DNA of 64,000 bases from an uncultured Alphaproteobacteria bacterium (lineage in GTDB: Bacteria; Pseudomonadota; Alphaproteobacteria; JAPOUT01; G958296285). Location of the stretch: NCBI GenBank assembly GCA_958296285.1, contig OY282459.1:1208336-1272335 (forward strand), read 5' to 3'. Position 1 is the stretch's first letter, and every line of letters starts with the position of its first letter. The notes under the pieces were generated by a model. It was not told the origin of the DNA and ran no database searches. It saw only the letters and a list, made by a program, of their open reading frames with translations. The translations under genes and the position numbers were made by a program. Below are positions 62,511-64,000 of the stretch, one piece after another.

Positions 62511-63161
62511 ATGGCAGGCGCGGGTCTCTTCCTGACTTTTGAGGGCATTGAGGGCGCCGGCAAGACGACCCAAATCGCTCTCTTAAAACCCCGAATCGCC
62601 GCCATCGGGCGCGAGCTTCTCACGACAAGAGAGCCGGGCGGAACCCCGATTGGCGATCTCATCAGGAAGCATTGTTTTCAAGACGCGCAGGACGAACTCG
62701 CGCCCCTGACCGAAACCCTTCTTTTGGGGGCGGCGCGCGCCGAGCATATGCGCCGCGTCATTTTGCCGGCGCTGGCGCGAGGCGCATGCGTCTTATCCGA
62801 TCGCTTCGCCGATTCCACGATCGCCTATCAGCATCACGCGCGGGGGCTCGCCAAGGAGACGGCGGAGCGCGTCAATCGCTGGGCGACTTATGACAGAATG
62901 CCGGACAAAAGTTTCATCTTCATCCTGCCGCCGAACAGAGTCGCCGAAAGGACGGCGAAAAGAGCGCGCGGCGGCGAAACCCCAAGCCGATACGATCTCC
63001 AATGCGCTGAATTTCATCAAAAAGTCCAAAATGGCTTTTTGGCGATCGCCCGCGAGAATCCAAAACGCTGCGTTCTGTTGGACGCCGCCCTCCCAAAAGA
63101 GATTCTCGCCGAAAAATTGTGGGATCATGCGCGTCCGCTCCTAAAGGGAGAAAGAGGATGA
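62511..63161 (+). CDS. tmk: Thymidylate kinase
   Basis: FLTFEGIEGAGKTTQ P-loop. The start at 62511 is preferred over the track start at 62250. Confidence 0.9.
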   Translation: MAGAGLFLTFEGIEGAGKTTQIALLKPRIAAIGRELLTTREPGGTPIGDLIRKHCFQDAQDELAPLTETLLLGAARAEHMRRVILPALARGACVLSDRFADSTIAYQHHARGLAKETAERVNRWATYDRMPDKSFIFILPPNRVAERTAKRARGGETPSRYDLQCAEFHQKVQNGFLAIARENPKRCVLLDAALPKEILAEKLWDHARPLLKGERG

Positions 63162-64000
63162 ACGAGACGCAAGACTCGCCCCGTCTGCCCCATCCGCGCG
63201 AGCATCAGCGCTTTTTCGGCCATCAAGAGGCCGAGGCGGCGTTCCTTCAGACCCTCCATGCCGGGCGGATTCATCATGGCTGGATGATCACCGGCCCGAG
63301 AGGCGTTGGGAAGGCGACTCTCGCTTTTCGTCTCGCGCGGTTTCTTCTGAAATATCGCGGTCAGACCCCGCCTTCGCAATCTTTGACGATGGACGAGAAA
63401 GATCCGATTTTCAAACAGGTCGCCGCCCTGAGCCATCCCGATCTTCTCGTCATTGAGAGCGCCGCCGAAACGGCGCTCCCGATCATCAAATTGGAGGAGG
63501 CGCGGGAAATGCGCGGCTTCTTCGCCAAGACCGCCGCCTTTAGCGGATGGCGCGTCTGCGTCATAGACGCCGCGGACGACATGAACATCCACGCCGCCAA
63601 CGCCCTCTTAAAAACGCTGGAAGAGCCGCCGCCCCGCGCGATTGTCCTGCTGATCGCCCACAGACCCCATCTCCTGCCGGCGACAATGCGATCGCGCTGT
63701 CGGGCGCTGGCGCTGAAACCTCTGCCGCCGGAGACTGTCCGCCGCATCGCCGCGCCCGCCCTCGCCGATGCCGACCCCGCCGCGACAGACCGCGCCTGTC
63801 GTTTCGCCGAAGGATCGCCGGGCTTGGCGATGGACTATCTCCTGATGGGCGGCGATGATCTTTATAGGATCGCCTCCGCCTTCCTCTCATCTCTCCCCGA
63901 TCCCGACCCGCAGCGCCTCCATGAGATCGGCGCGCGTTTCACGAAGAAGGGCGGGAATCCTCGTCTCTGGAGCCTCTTTTTGGAAATCCTGACAGACGCG
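63158..64000 (+). CDS. holB: DNA polymerase III delta-prime subunit (3' end beyond window)
   Basis: Absent from the ORF track because there is no stop. ATG at 63158 (ATGA overlap with tmk) reads MNETQDSPRLPHPREHQRFFGHQEAEAAFLQTLHAGRIHHGWMITGPRGVGKATLAFRLARFLL. tmk-holB synteny supports it. Confidence 0.8.
   Translation, partial: MNETQDSPRLPHPREHQRFFGHQEAEAAFLQTLHAGRIHHGWMITGPRGVGKATLAFRLARFLLKYRGQTPPSQSLTMDEKDPIFKQVAALSHPDLLVIESAAETALPIIKLEEAREMRGFFAKTAAFSGWRVCVIDAADDMNIHAANALLKTLEEPPPRAIVLLIAHRPHLLPATMRSRCRALALKPLPPETVRRIAAPALADADPAATDRACRFAEGSPGLAMDYLLMGGDDLYRIASAFLSSLPDPDPQRLHEIGARFTKKGGNPRLWSLFLEILTDA

Overview
About 60% GC chromosomal window with alphaproteobacterial-type synteny. The outer parts (0-17.4 kb, 56-64 kb) are tightly packed housekeeping genes, many with ATGA start/stop overlaps: surA-lptD-lptG-lptF, divergent pepA-holC-ndk, gyrA-coaD, a cyclophilin, queA-tgt, cysD-cysNC, and rlpA-dacC-tmk-holB. 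The middle (17.4-54.2 kb) mixes housekeeping genes (glmU-glmS, recG / sdhE-mfd, moaA) with accessory genes: five Sel1-repeat proteins, two Bor-like lipoproteins, a type II R-M pair, small coiled-coil membrane proteins, DUF2335, two metabolic clusters, and a P450/CoA-transferase cluster. Two tRNAs are present (Thr-UGU, Ser-UGA). I found no rRNA, CRISPR, transposase or integrase. Four observations stand out. (1) Eleven loci carry a modular giant-palindrome repeat family wedged between gene ends; some pairs of arms bracket passenger genes. (2) The DNA flanking these repeats shows a mirror-symmetric, graded strand bias (G+T-rich on the left, C+A-rich on the right on the + strand). It lies mostly at synonymous sites and does not depend on gene orientation. 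(3) A low-GC R-M cassette sits between perfect 75-bp direct repeats made of the 5' part of tRNA-Thr. (4) A GPH/MFS transporter is fused to a divergent APS-kinase-like domain, next to an unfused paralog. All family names are assigned from motifs read by eye and from memory, with no database search.
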